A DNA stretch of 64,000 bases from Candidatus Woesearchaeota archaeon (GTDB lineage: Archaea; Nanobdellota; Nanobdellia; SCGC-AAA011-G17; JAGVZY01), in contig JAGVZY010000012.1 in assembly GCA_018302225.1 (NCBI GenBank), positions 11,191 through 75,190 on the forward strand. Direction: 5' to 3'. Made by a program: the position numbers and the translations under genes. The notes beneath the pieces were generated by a model that made no database searches, was not told the DNA's origin, and saw only the letters and a program-made list of their open reading frames with translations. Position 1 is the first letter of the stretch. Every line of letters begins with the position of its first letter. Positions 48,346 to 57,577 of this stretch are shown one piece after another.

Positions 48346-49428
48346 ATGAACTGGAACAGAAATTGTAGGAGTTTTAAGGGAATTCAGGCTTGTGAAATAT
48401 CTAAGACTGAGGGTTATTATAGTTGTGAAAAGTGTGAGTTTTATGAACCTATAAAGACTAAAATCTTGATCATTAAATTAGGTGCAATTGGTGATGTTTT
48501 AAGAACTACTCCTCTGTTAGAAGCAATAAAAGAAAAATATGGTTATGAATCCTCAATAACTTGGTTAGTTAAAGAAGAGAGTAAAACTTTATTATATAAT
48601 AATCCAAATATTGATAGAATTTTAGTTTATAATCCAGAAAATATTTTAAGATTGCAAATTGAAAAGTTTGATGTTGTTTTAAGTTTAGAAATAGATCTTC
48701 CTGGAAGTGCAATTGCAACTTTAGTAAAGGCAAAACCTAAATATGGATTTTTCTTAAATGAAGATGGATATCCAACTTGTTATAATAAGAAGGCTGAATA
48801 TTATTTAACAAGAGCATTTTCAGATAAAATAAATAAAGAGAATAAAAAAACTTATCAAGAAATGATGTTTGATGTTGCAGAATTAAAATATAATAAACAG
48901 GACTATTCTTTTAATTTAACTGAGAAAGATTTGAAATATGCTGAGGATTTTAAAAAGAAAAATGAAATAACTAAACCTTTAATTGGGATTAATGTTGGTG
49001 CTGGTGGAAGATGGCAAAATAAAGAATGGGGACAAGAAAATATAATCAATTTAATTGAAAAGATTCCAAGTAAATATCAAGTAATTTTATTGGGCGGAGA
49101 AAGAGAAGAAGTCCTAAAAAATAAGATATTACAAAAAGTTAAAGCAATTCAAAACGAAAGTAATAATTCAATAAGAGAATTTGCAAGTGTAATTAATTTA
49201 TGTGATAAGGTTATAACTGGAGATACTTTAGCATTACATTTAGCTTTAGCATTAAAGAAGAAGGTTATTGGTTTGTTTTTATGCACCCCTGCAAATGAAG
49301 TTGAAGGTTATGAAAGATTAGAAAAAATTGAAAGTAAATTGATACAAGATAATTATTATTCTGATATTTATAATCCTGAATTATGTAAAAGTATAAGTGT
49401 CGAGCAAGTTTTAAAAGAGTTAAAATGA
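48346..49428 (+). CDS. Glycosyltransferase family 9 with N-terminal Cys cluster
   Basis: IKLGAIGDVLRTTP, GINVGAG..W..KEW, TGDTLALHLA. Start at ATG 48346. Confidence 0.88.
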   Translation: MNWNRNCRSFKGIQACEISKTEGYYSCEKCEFYEPIKTKILIIKLGAIGDVLRTTPLLEAIKEKYGYESSITWLVKEESKTLLYNNPNIDRILVYNPENILRLQIEKFDVVLSLEIDLPGSAIATLVKAKPKYGFFLNEDGYPTCYNKKAEYYLTRAFSDKINKENKKTYQEMMFDVAELKYNKQDYSFNLTEKDLKYAEDFKKKNEITKPLIGINVGAGGRWQNKEWGQENIINLIEKIPSKYQVILLGGEREEVLKNKILQKVKAIQNESNNSIREFASVINLCDKVITGDTLALHLALALKKKVIGLFLCTPANEVEGYERLEKIESKLIQDNYYSDIYNPELCKSISVEQVLKELK

Positions 49429-49826
49429 ATCTAGTTGTTAATGCAATTGTTAAAAGAGGAAATCATTTTCTTATAATTAAAAGAAGCTCTAAAGATGAGA
49501 TTCATCCTGAAAAATGGAGTTTTCCGGGTGGCAAGTTAGAAGAAGGAGAAACTATTTTAGAAGCTTTAAAAAGAGAATTGAAGGAAGAAGTTTGTTTAGA
49601 TATAGGTGATGATTTAATTTATATTGCAGATTATAGTTATATTAGAAAAGATAAAAGTAATATTTTAGGTATTTCTTTTTTAGTTAAGAGTTTTAATTCT
49701 AATGTAAAAAAAGGTAAAGAAATCCAAGATTTTAAATGGGTAACTGTTGAAGAACTTAGTAAATACAAAGTTACAGGTAGTTTAGAAGAAGAAATGTTAA
49801 AAGCTTTGTCTAAAGATTTAACTTAA
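49425..49826 (+). CDS. NUDIX hydrolase
   Basis: PGGKLEEGET..EALKRELKEEV Nudix box. Confidence 0.92.
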   Translation: MNLVVNAIVKRGNHFLIIKRSSKDEIHPEKWSFPGGKLEEGETILEALKRELKEEVCLDIGDDLIYIADYSYIRKDKSNILGISFLVKSFNSNVKKGKEIQDFKWVTVEELSKYKVTGSLEEEMLKALSKDLT

Positions 49827-49870
49827 TTTTAACAATAAATTTATATAATTTAAAGTAATTCTGTTTAATA

Positions 49871-50437
49871 ATGAATAAAGAAGCGAGAGGGGATATTCTT
49901 GAAGTTCTTACAGAAGCAATATTGGCTTTAGAAAATGATGATGTTAAAAAGTTGAAAGAATTAAGTGATAAAACTATTCATGCTATGACTATATATCAAT
50001 CTGAAGAGCCAATTTTAGTTGCAATTGTTCTTTATACAGCATCTAAAGTCTATGAAAGAAGTAAATATCACACTTATCAAGATTGGGATTATGTGGATGC
50101 AATAGTTAGAAATAATCTTATTGAAGCTAAAAAGAAATTAGAGAAAAATGATAATGAAGGCTATTTAAATTCTTTAAAAAATATTCTTAAAAAATTAGGA
50201 AGGGTAGAATCTAAGCTTGGAAAATATATTTCTGAGATTGTTGAAAGAACAAAAATAAATAAAGCTTCAAGATTATATGAACATGGTTTAAGTTCCGGTG
50301 TTGTAAAAGAGCTATTGGGTGTAACTGGTTGGGAATTAGCAGAATATACAGGGACAACAGGAATAGCAGATCGACAAGAAGGAATAACTGAGTCAATTTC
50401 TAGAAGATTAAAGGTTGCAAGGGGGATATTTAGTTAA
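49871..50437 (+). CDS. Helical hypothetical protein with possible C-terminal HTH
   Basis: KINKASRLYEHGLS....ELLGV..WEL.EY.G; co-oriented with the PIN gene. Confidence 0.75.
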   Translation: MNKEARGDILEVLTEAILALENDDVKKLKELSDKTIHAMTIYQSEEPILVAIVLYTASKVYERSKYHTYQDWDYVDAIVRNNLIEAKKKLEKNDNEGYLNSLKNILKKLGRVESKLGKYISEIVERTKINKASRLYEHGLSSGVVKELLGVTGWELAEYTGTTGIADRQEGITESISRRLKVARGIFS

Positions 50438-50438
50438 G

Positions 50439-51122
50439 ATGAATATAGTTTTTGATTCTAGTAGTATAATAAGTATAGTTTTAAATAATTTAATTCCTGT
50501 TTTAGAAGATATGAAAAGAAATCATAATGTTAATTTTTATTTACCTTTGGCTGTTCAAAGAGAATTAGTAACGGTTCCAATTCAAGGTAGGAGATTTAAA
50601 TTAGAAGCTATGGAATTACAGAAAAAAATTGATGAGGGTTTGTTTATAATTTATTCTAAAAAAGATTATTTAGGAAGGTCTATGAAATTGTATAGAATTT
50701 CAAATCAAATATTTAATACAGAAGGAAAATATATGAGAATAATTCAAGAAGGCGAAATACAAAGTTTAGTTTTAGCAGATGAATTAGATGGGATTTGTGT
50801 TGTTGATGAAAGAACTTTAAGGATGTTGGTTGAAGATCCACAGAAACTAAAAGAACTGCTTAGTAGCAAGCTTCATACTACTATTAAAATAAATACGCAG
50901 AATCTTAAGATTTTTAGAAATGATTTGGATGTAGATATTATAAGGAGCTCTGAATTAATGACTGTGGCTTTTGAAAAAGGTTTAGTTCAAAAATATGCTA
51001 CAGGTAAGGGATTAAATTTATTAGATGCCCTTTTGTGGGGTTTAAGACTAAGAGGTTGTGCCATTTCTACTGAGGAAATTGAAGAAATAAAGAGTTTAGA
51101 AAATAAACAAGGCAAGGTTTAA
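50439..51122 (+). CDS. PIN-domain protein
   Basis: IVFDSSSII, V.REL, GE, VDER pattern. Start at ATG 50439. Confidence 0.75.
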   Translation: MNIVFDSSSIISIVLNNLIPVLEDMKRNHNVNFYLPLAVQRELVTVPIQGRRFKLEAMELQKKIDEGLFIIYSKKDYLGRSMKLYRISNQIFNTEGKYMRIIQEGEIQSLVLADELDGICVVDERTLRMLVEDPQKLKELLSSKLHTTIKINTQNLKIFRNDLDVDIIRSSELMTVAFEKGLVQKYATGKGLNLLDALLWGLRLRGCAISTEEIEEIKSLENKQGKV

Positions 51123-51907
51123 TTTGGTATATATATTTTATTAGCAACTTCATAATTTCCTGCTAATTTAAGATTTTTTATGTGTTGATTAATAATCTTT
51201 GAAATATTTTTACATGTTTCTCTTAGATATATAATTTTATTAATCATTTCTTCTTTAGTATAACTCTTTTTATCTTTAAAATGCATTAAATTAAGATTTT
51301 CAGAAGGTTGAGTTATTTGATCTTTTAATTTAATAATCTTGTTTTGATTAATTAGATTGAGTCTCAATTCTAAATCTCTATTTTGATAACAATTTGTTTT
51401 TGCATATAATTCTAATATTTGGATTGGGCAAGATTTATTAAGGCTAGCAAGCATACCAAAATCATCTTGTGTAAAATATCTTCTAAAAATAGAATAAATA
51501 CTGCTTTTATCAATTGATCTTTTAAATTCCTCTTTTAAATCCATATTTAATTTTAATGAATGATTGGATTTATTATTCAATTCTTTGGTTGAATATATAA
51601 TTTTTCTTTCTAATATTGAGTTTTTAGAAAATATAATTAAATCTCTAAAATTCACAAAAGGCATAAAATATTCTAAAGATGGATAATCCTTCAAACTTTG
51701 GTATAATGAATTAATCCATACAGTATCTTTTCCAAGAATACAGCCTATAAGTTCGGGAGATAATTCTGGCCAGAGTACTCCCTTATATTGAGGTACTGTT
51801 TTTAAATTTCCATTTTTGTCTTTTTTTTGAGTTATGGGATATTCACTTAGGTCAAATAAGCCGGGTTGTTTAGAAATACCATTTATTTTTTCAGTTTCTA
51901 TGGACAT
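51119..51907 (-). CDS. Hypothetical protein, paralog of 51953..52702
   Basis: 262 aa; shares Y.SL..F..F.N..D..IF.KN and YS.FR blocks with its neighbour. Confidence 0.7.
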   Translation of the reverse strand: MSIETEKINGISKQPGLFDLSEYPITQKKDKNGNLKTVPQYKGVLWPELSPELIGCILGKDTVWINSLYQSLKDYPSLEYFMPFVNFRDLIIFSKNSILERKIIYSTKELNNKSNHSLKLNMDLKEEFKRSIDKSSIYSIFRRYFTQDDFGMLASLNKSCPIQILELYAKTNCYQNRDLELRLNLINQNKIIKLKDQITQPSENLNLMHFKDKKSYTKEEMINKIIYLRETCKNISKIINQHIKNLKLAGNYEVANKIYIPN

Positions 51908-51952
51908 CTTTTTTGTAGGTAACTATAAATCAGTTCAAGTTTAAAAAACTTT

Positions 51953-52702
51953 TTATTCTAAAGTATCTGTTTTTATTATAATCTCTGAGTAAGCTTTTTT
52001 TAAGTAATCTACTAAAATTTCTGAGCTTTTTTTTGCAAAGTGCTTTCCTTTTTTTATATCCTTTTCGTATTGTGTTCCTTTAAATGCAGGAATTAAAGGC
52101 CTTATTTCAATATGATAAGGAAGTTTAGAATTATCATATTTGTTTCTATAAAATATATAGTCTTTTTCTTTACAGTAAATTACTGCGGGTGCATTTAATT
52201 TGTCTTTTAGGCGTTGAATTAAATGAGGGTGTTTTTTTTCTATTTGGTTTACACCTTTTTTTACATTATCTCTTTCAAGCCCATATTTAACTATTGCTTC
52301 AGCAGCAATTAATTCGCCTTCAATTTGGTTATTTCCTTTTTTTGTTAATGGATTTTTTAAACTTTTGAGGGTTTTGTGATATTCTACATAACTGGATTTG
52401 TCTCTAAGTTTTCTAAAAAGGGAGTATAAATCTAAGCTTTGCATTTCAGTAGAAAATTCATCAAGTTTATTTCCAAGAGTTGCTTCTAAGTGTCGAATTC
52501 TTGCATTTTTTGCAAATATCATAGAATCAAATATATTAATGAATTCTGAGAAATCTTTTAAGCTAACATATTCGTTAAGACCGATAAATAAATTTTCTTG
52601 ATCATTTTTATAAATAGTATATATTAAATTACATACATCTTGTCTTCTCAGTGCTATTGGCGGTTTTTGTTCTTTTGTTTCAAATAAGTTTAATTGTTTC
52701 AT
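51953..52702 (-). CDS. Hypothetical protein, paralog of 51119..51907
   Basis: 249 aa; GAGG SD; N-terminal QLNLF. Confidence 0.75.
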   Translation of the reverse strand: MKQLNLFETKEQKPPIALRRQDVCNLIYTIYKNDQENLFIGLNEYVSLKDFSEFINIFDSMIFAKNARIRHLEATLGNKLDEFSTEMQSLDLYSLFRKLRDKSSYVEYHKTLKSLKNPLTKKGNNQIEGELIAAEAIVKYGLERDNVKKGVNQIEKKHPHLIQRLKDKLNAPAVIYCKEKDYIFYRNKYDNSKLPYHIEIRPLIPAFKGTQYEKDIKKGKHFAKKSSEILVDYLKKAYSEIIIKTDTLE

Positions 52703-52822
52703 TTAAACCTCTAGTTAGGTGTTATAATGGGTTTAAAACAAAGTCATTTATAAATCTTTCTCTTTTTGTCACTCTTTAGTGATATATAACATTAAAATAG
52801 AGAAAGGCTTATTGTTTGACTT

Positions 52823-53647
52823 ATGGATAGGTTTGATAAGGTTTTGAAGGATATAAAAAACATAAAAATTCAAGGTGCTGAGAATGTGGCTAAAGAAGGC
52901 ATAAAATTACTTCTTTTAAAAAACGATTCTACATCAGTTAAACAAATTATTAATGTAAGACCTACTGAGCCTGCGTTGAAAAATGCAATTAGATTTGTGC
53001 TTGGTTTTAAAGATAAAAAAGCAGGTGTTAAATTAGCATTAAAACATTTTGAAAGTACAAATTCTGAAATTGTTAAACAAGGCTCAAAATTAATAAAAAA
53101 TAATTCTGTGGTTTTTACACATTGTCATAGTTCTACAGTTATTAAAATTTTAAAGCAAGCCAAAAAGCAAGGCAAAAAGTTTGAAGTTTATAGTTCTGAA
53201 ACAAGACCTTTATTTCAGGGAAGAAAAACGGTTTTAGAATTGATGAAAGCCGAGATTAAAGTTACTTCTTTTGTGGATTCTGCGTTTTTGTCAGTTGTAA
53301 AATCAGTTAAAAATAAAAATATTATTATGCTTGTGGGAACTGATGCTGTTTTGAAAAATGGGGCTATAATAAATAAAATTGGAACTGGAATGTTTGCTGA
53401 AATTTGTTATGATAATAAAATTCCTGTCTATGCGGCTTTAGATTCTTGGAAATATGCAGGACATATAAAAATTGAAGAAAGAAACTATAAGGAAATTTGG
53501 AGAAAAGCTCCTAAACGAATAAAAATAAGAGATCCTGCATTTGAAAAAGTAGATGTTAAATTTGTTAAAGGTATAATTTCTGAGTTTGGAATATTAAAAC
53601 CAAAACAATTTGTTAAAAAAGCAAAAAAAGAATTGAAGGGATTTTAA
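52823..53647 (+). CDS. Ribose-1,5-bisphosphate isomerase (eIF2B family)
   Basis: IQGA, RPTEP, THCHSSTV, ETRPLFQG, NKIGT, PAF; clustered with RuBisCO. Confidence 0.87.
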   Translation: MDRFDKVLKDIKNIKIQGAENVAKEGIKLLLLKNDSTSVKQIINVRPTEPALKNAIRFVLGFKDKKAGVKLALKHFESTNSEIVKQGSKLIKNNSVVFTHCHSSTVIKILKQAKKQGKKFEVYSSETRPLFQGRKTVLELMKAEIKVTSFVDSAFLSVVKSVKNKNIIMLVGTDAVLKNGAIINKIGTGMFAEICYDNKIPVYAALDSWKYAGHIKIEERNYKEIWRKAPKRIKIRDPAFEKVDVKFVKGIISEFGILKPKQFVKKAKKELKGF

Positions 53648-54297
53648 TGAAAATAAATGGTTTGATTTGTTTTGATATGGATGAAACTCTTATTTGGAGT
53701 GATAAAGCACATATACTTGCATTTAATCAAGCTTTTGTTGCACACGGTTTAAAAGCAATTCCTTATAAAAGATTTGAAAAAGAATTAAATGGTGATGAAA
53801 CTATTTTAATTTTAAAAAGATTATATCCTCAATTAAGTCCTAAAGAAATAAAAAAAATAAGAGAAGAAAAAAAAGAAAATATAATTCATGACACTGTAAA
53901 ATATGTTAAGGTTATACCTGGGGTAATAAAAACCTTGAAAATTTTAAAAAAAAGAGGATATGAATTGGCTATTATTTCTAATTGCAGACACGCTGAAATA
54001 ATTACTATATTAAAATATGCTAAATTATCAATTAAACTTTTTGATAAAATAATAGGTAAGGATGAGGTTAGACATCCAAAACCTTATCCCGATGAAATAT
54101 TTAAAGCCGAAAGATTATTGCATCACAAGGTGGATTTTATGGTTGGAGATAGTTTAAATGATATTAAAGCTGCAAAAAGGGCTAAAGTGGAAGTTATTTC
54201 TGTTGCATCCGGAAATGTTTCTAAAGCTAAACTGAGAAAGGCTAAACCTAACCACTTAATACTTCATTTAAGTGAGATGTTAAAAATAGTAAAATAA
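53647..54297 (+). CDS. HAD-family phosphatase
   Basis: FDMDETL, ISN, KPYPD, VGDSLNDI. Confidence 0.88.
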   Translation: MKINGLICFDMDETLIWSDKAHILAFNQAFVAHGLKAIPYKRFEKELNGDETILILKRLYPQLSPKEIKKIREEKKENIIHDTVKYVKVIPGVIKTLKILKKRGYELAIISNCRHAEIITILKYAKLSIKLFDKIIGKDEVRHPKPYPDEIFKAERLLHHKVDFMVGDSLNDIKAAKRAKVEVISVASGNVSKAKLRKAKPNHLILHLSEMLKIVK

Positions 54298-54348
54298 GAT
54301 AAAATATATAAATAGGCTAACTGACCATTAATAAAAGAGGTCTACAAT

Positions 54349-55848
54349 TTGAAAAGTAAAGTAAAATCAAAAAAAAATAAAACGGGTAATTCTGTAAAAA
54401 TTAAGAAGTTAGTTACAAGTTTAAATGATAAACAAAAAAATTATGTTAATCTTAAATTAAAAAATCCGACTAATGGAACATATCTACTAACTGTTTCTCA
54501 TTTAATTCCGGGAAAGGGATTAAATATTCTGCAGGCTGCAGCTGAAGTTGCTGCAGAATCTTCAACTGGAACCAATTTTAGAGTAAAAACTGAAACTGCT
54601 TTTTCAAGAGAGTTAAATGCTTTAGTTTATAAAATTGATTTAAGTAAAAATTTGGTATGGATTGCATATCCTTGGAGAATTTTTGATAGGGGGGGAAATG
54701 TTCAAAATATTTTAACTTTTATTGTTGGTAATGTTTTGGGTATGAAAGAAATTTCTGCATTAAAAATGTTAGATATTTGGTTTCCTGCAGCGATGTTAGA
54801 ACAATACGCTGGCCCTTCTTATACTTTAGATGATATGAGAAAATATTTACAAGTTTATGATAGGCCCATTTTAGGAACTATAATCAAACCTAAGATTGGA
54901 TTAACTGCTTCTGAGTATGCTGAGGTGTGTTATGATTTTTGGTCGGGTGGTGGAGATTTTGTAAAGAATGATGAACCTCAAGCAAATCAAGATTTTTGTG
55001 AGTATCGACTTATGGTCAAGTTTGTAAAAAAAGCTATGAATAAGGCGGTTAAAGAAACAGGGCATAAAAAAATTCATTCATTTAATGTTTCTTCTCCTGA
55101 TTTTGATGAAATGATAAGAAGATGTGAATTAATCAGAAAAGTAGGTTTTGAAAAAGGGAGTTATGCATTTTTAATTGATGGTATCACTGCTGGATGGATG
55201 GCTGTTCAGACTTTAAGAAGAAGATATCCTGATGTTTTTATACATTTTCATAGGGCAAGTCATGGAGCGTATACAAGACCAGAAAATCCCATTGGCTATT
55301 CTGTCTTAGTTTTATCTAAATTTGCACGATTAGCCGGTGCATCTGGAATACATACTGGAACAGCAGGTATTGGAAAAATGGAAGGTTCAGTAGAAGAAGA
55401 CGTTACTGCTGCAAAAGAAATATTGCATTTAGTTGCACAAGGACATTTCTTTAAACAGAGTTGGGCAGAAATTCCTGACAATGATAAACAAGCCATTGAG
55501 CTGGCTAAACAAGATAATATGCATCACGTGATTTTAGAAGAGGATTCTTGGAGAGGTATGAAAAAATGTTGTCCTATAATTTCTGGAGGATTAAATCCGG
55601 TGAAATTAAAACCTTTTATTGAGGTTATGGGCGAAGTTAATTTCATTACAACTATGGGTGCAGGATGCCATGCACATCCAAAAGGAACAACTGCAGGTGC
55701 TAAAGCTTTAGTTCAATCTTGTGAAGCTTATTTAAAAGGAATAGATATTTATGAATATGCGAAAACCCATAAAGAATTGAAAGAAGCAATAGATTTTTTT
55801 ACTAATAAAAGCAAGCATATTAAGAAAATAGATACTGCAAAGGCTTAG
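54349..55848 (+). CDS. rbcL: RuBisCO large subunit, form II/III
   Basis: AAESSTGT, GTIIKPK, GGDFVKNDE, HFHRA.HG, GKMEG, SGG; ~30-aa insertion before CCPIISGG typical of form II/III; TTG start after GAGG. Confidence 0.93.
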   Translation: MKSKVKSKKNKTGNSVKIKKLVTSLNDKQKNYVNLKLKNPTNGTYLLTVSHLIPGKGLNILQAAAEVAAESSTGTNFRVKTETAFSRELNALVYKIDLSKNLVWIAYPWRIFDRGGNVQNILTFIVGNVLGMKEISALKMLDIWFPAAMLEQYAGPSYTLDDMRKYLQVYDRPILGTIIKPKIGLTASEYAEVCYDFWSGGGDFVKNDEPQANQDFCEYRLMVKFVKKAMNKAVKETGHKKIHSFNVSSPDFDEMIRRCELIRKVGFEKGSYAFLIDGITAGWMAVQTLRRRYPDVFIHFHRASHGAYTRPENPIGYSVLVLSKFARLAGASGIHTGTAGIGKMEGSVEEDVTAAKEILHLVAQGHFFKQSWAEIPDNDKQAIELAKQDNMHHVILEEDSWRGMKKCCPIISGGLNPVKLKPFIEVMGEVNFITTMGAGCHAHPKGTTAGAKALVQSCEAYLKGIDIYEYAKTHKELKEAIDFFTNKSKHIKKIDTAKA

Positions 55849-56535
55849 CTATTTATCTCTTAATTCTACTTTTGTAATTTCAAGAGCGCCCGTGCAAGAA
55901 TTTTCCATATTTGTTTTTGAACTTTTAATTATAATTTGTTTTTTGAACATTGGTGCATCTAAGACTAGAGATTCATATTCTCCCCCTTCTCCAGCAAGGT
56001 GCATTTTTGTCCCTAAATTTAAATTTCTTAGTTCTGTAAGAGTATTTCTATTGATTTCTTTCCCTAACCAAGACTCATTTAATCCGTCTGCAGCAATTCC
56101 AACAATTATTGCCTTAAATTTTCTTAGAATTAACTCTTGCATATAGTCTTCATGATTGATGTTCCATAAGGGGGCAATACTTTTCAAATCTAATTTTCTA
56201 CAAACATCATCAACTCTATTTTTCTGATAGGTTGATTGAATTGCACCTGAAACTATACCTTCAACTTTGTATTTATTTTTAACTATGCTTAGAATGTTAT
56301 ACAACTCATTTAATTCTTCTTCTTTTTTTCCTGGGGAAATCATACTTACATAAATAAAACCCATTGCTTTTGCTTGTAATTCTGTTAGTTTGATATTTGG
56401 ATAATGAAACATATAACTTTCCTTATTTTCTGGAAGAATGCTAACTAGACAAGCTATTTCATGTTCTTGCTTTTGTGCTTGATATATGCTAAAGCAAGAG
56501 TCTTTCCCACCTGAAAATAAAACTGCTACTTTCAT
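55849..56535 (-). CDS. Diphthine--ammonia ligase (Dph6 family)
   Basis: SGGKDS, SYMFH, GAI.S.YQ..R, PLW, GEGGEYES. Confidence 0.9.
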   Translation of the reverse strand: MKVAVLFSGGKDSCFSIYQAQKQEHEIACLVSILPENKESYMFHYPNIKLTELQAKAMGFIYVSMISPGKKEEELNELYNILSIVKNKYKVEGIVSGAIQSTYQKNRVDDVCRKLDLKSIAPLWNINHEDYMQELILRKFKAIIVGIAADGLNESWLGKEINRNTLTELRNLNLGTKMHLAGEGGEYESLVLDAPMFKKQIIIKSSKTNMENSCTGALEITKVELRDK

Positions 56536-56597
56536 AGGGGGTTAGAGAACAGAGAGGTATAAAAACCTTTATATATTTAATAAATGTTTTATAAAGA

Positions 56598-57560
56598 ATG
56601 CAGGAAAAAAAAGGGTGGATATCTATTTTAGCTTATTTAGCTATACTTATTATATCTTTTTTTGTAATTAGGCCATATATTACAGCTTTACTAACTGCTT
56701 TTGTATTTTCTTATTTAACTTTGCCCTTACATAATTTTTTAAAGAAGAAAATAAAATCTAATTCAATAAGTGCTTTTATTGTTACTTGTTTAGCTGTTGT
56801 AGTTTTAATAGTCCCCACTTATTTTATTGCAAGAGAGTTAGTAAACCAATCTCTTAGGATATATAATATCATTATGGGCAATGATGCCCTCCAATTATTT
56901 ATGGGACAATTTGGAATAAATCTTGAGACAATAACTGGTGCTTTAACGCAGAAAGTTTATGATTCAGCTATTTTAATTGCAAAATCTTTGCCTCAACAGA
57001 TTTTGGGTTTTGTAATTGCAATCTTGTTTATGTATTACTTTTTAAGAGACCACGATAAACTTTTAGAAGGATTGAAATCTATTATACCTTTACATAAAGA
57101 GCATAAAGAATCTTTGTTCTTAAGTTTTAAGAATGTAACCAATTCAGTAATTTATGGTCTAGTTTTTACAGGTATTTTAGAAGCAGTTTTACTAACTATA
57201 GTGTTTTATATTTTTAAAGTTGAAGCACCTTTATTTTGGGGTTTGATAGTTTTTGTTTTAGCTTTGCTGCCTTTATTGGGACCGACTTTAGTTTGGATTC
57301 CAATTGTGATTGTTAAGTATATTTCTGGAGATATTGTTGGGGCAGTAGCAATAGGCTTGTTTGGTATATTTATTATGTCTACTATTGAAAATATAATAAG
57401 GCCAAAAATAATTGGAGATAGAGCAGGAATACATCCCGGATTAATATTGTTGGGAGTTATGGGAGGAATATCTTTGTTTGGATTTATAGGCATAATTATA
57501 GGCCCTTTAATGTTGAGCTTTGGTTTAGAAATTTTAAAATTTTATGGTAAGTGGAGATAA
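56598..57560 (+). CDS. AI-2E family transporter
   Basis: YYFLRD, LP.LGP..VW.P, N..RP..IG, HP, GFIGIIIGP. Confidence 0.88.
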   Translation: MQEKKGWISILAYLAILIISFFVIRPYITALLTAFVFSYLTLPLHNFLKKKIKSNSISAFIVTCLAVVVLIVPTYFIARELVNQSLRIYNIIMGNDALQLFMGQFGINLETITGALTQKVYDSAILIAKSLPQQILGFVIAILFMYYFLRDHDKLLEGLKSIIPLHKEHKESLFLSFKNVTNSVIYGLVFTGILEAVLLTIVFYIFKVEAPLFWGLIVFVLALLPLLGPTLVWIPIVIVKYISGDIVGAVAIGLFGIFIMSTIENIIRPKIIGDRAGIHPGLILLGVMGGISLFGFIGIIIGPLMLSFGLEILKFYGKWR

Positions 57561-57577
57561 TTCAAGGGCAATCTAAC

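Noticed and set aside
49871-51122. VapBC toxin-antitoxin pair
   Set aside because: Both proteins are larger than typical VapB/VapC and the upstream protein is not antitoxin-like; function left unassigned.
52823-55848. eIF2B subunit and Calvin-cycle autotrophy
   Set aside because: Context with AMP phosphorylase indicates the salvage pathway; no phosphoribulokinase or small subunit is seen here.
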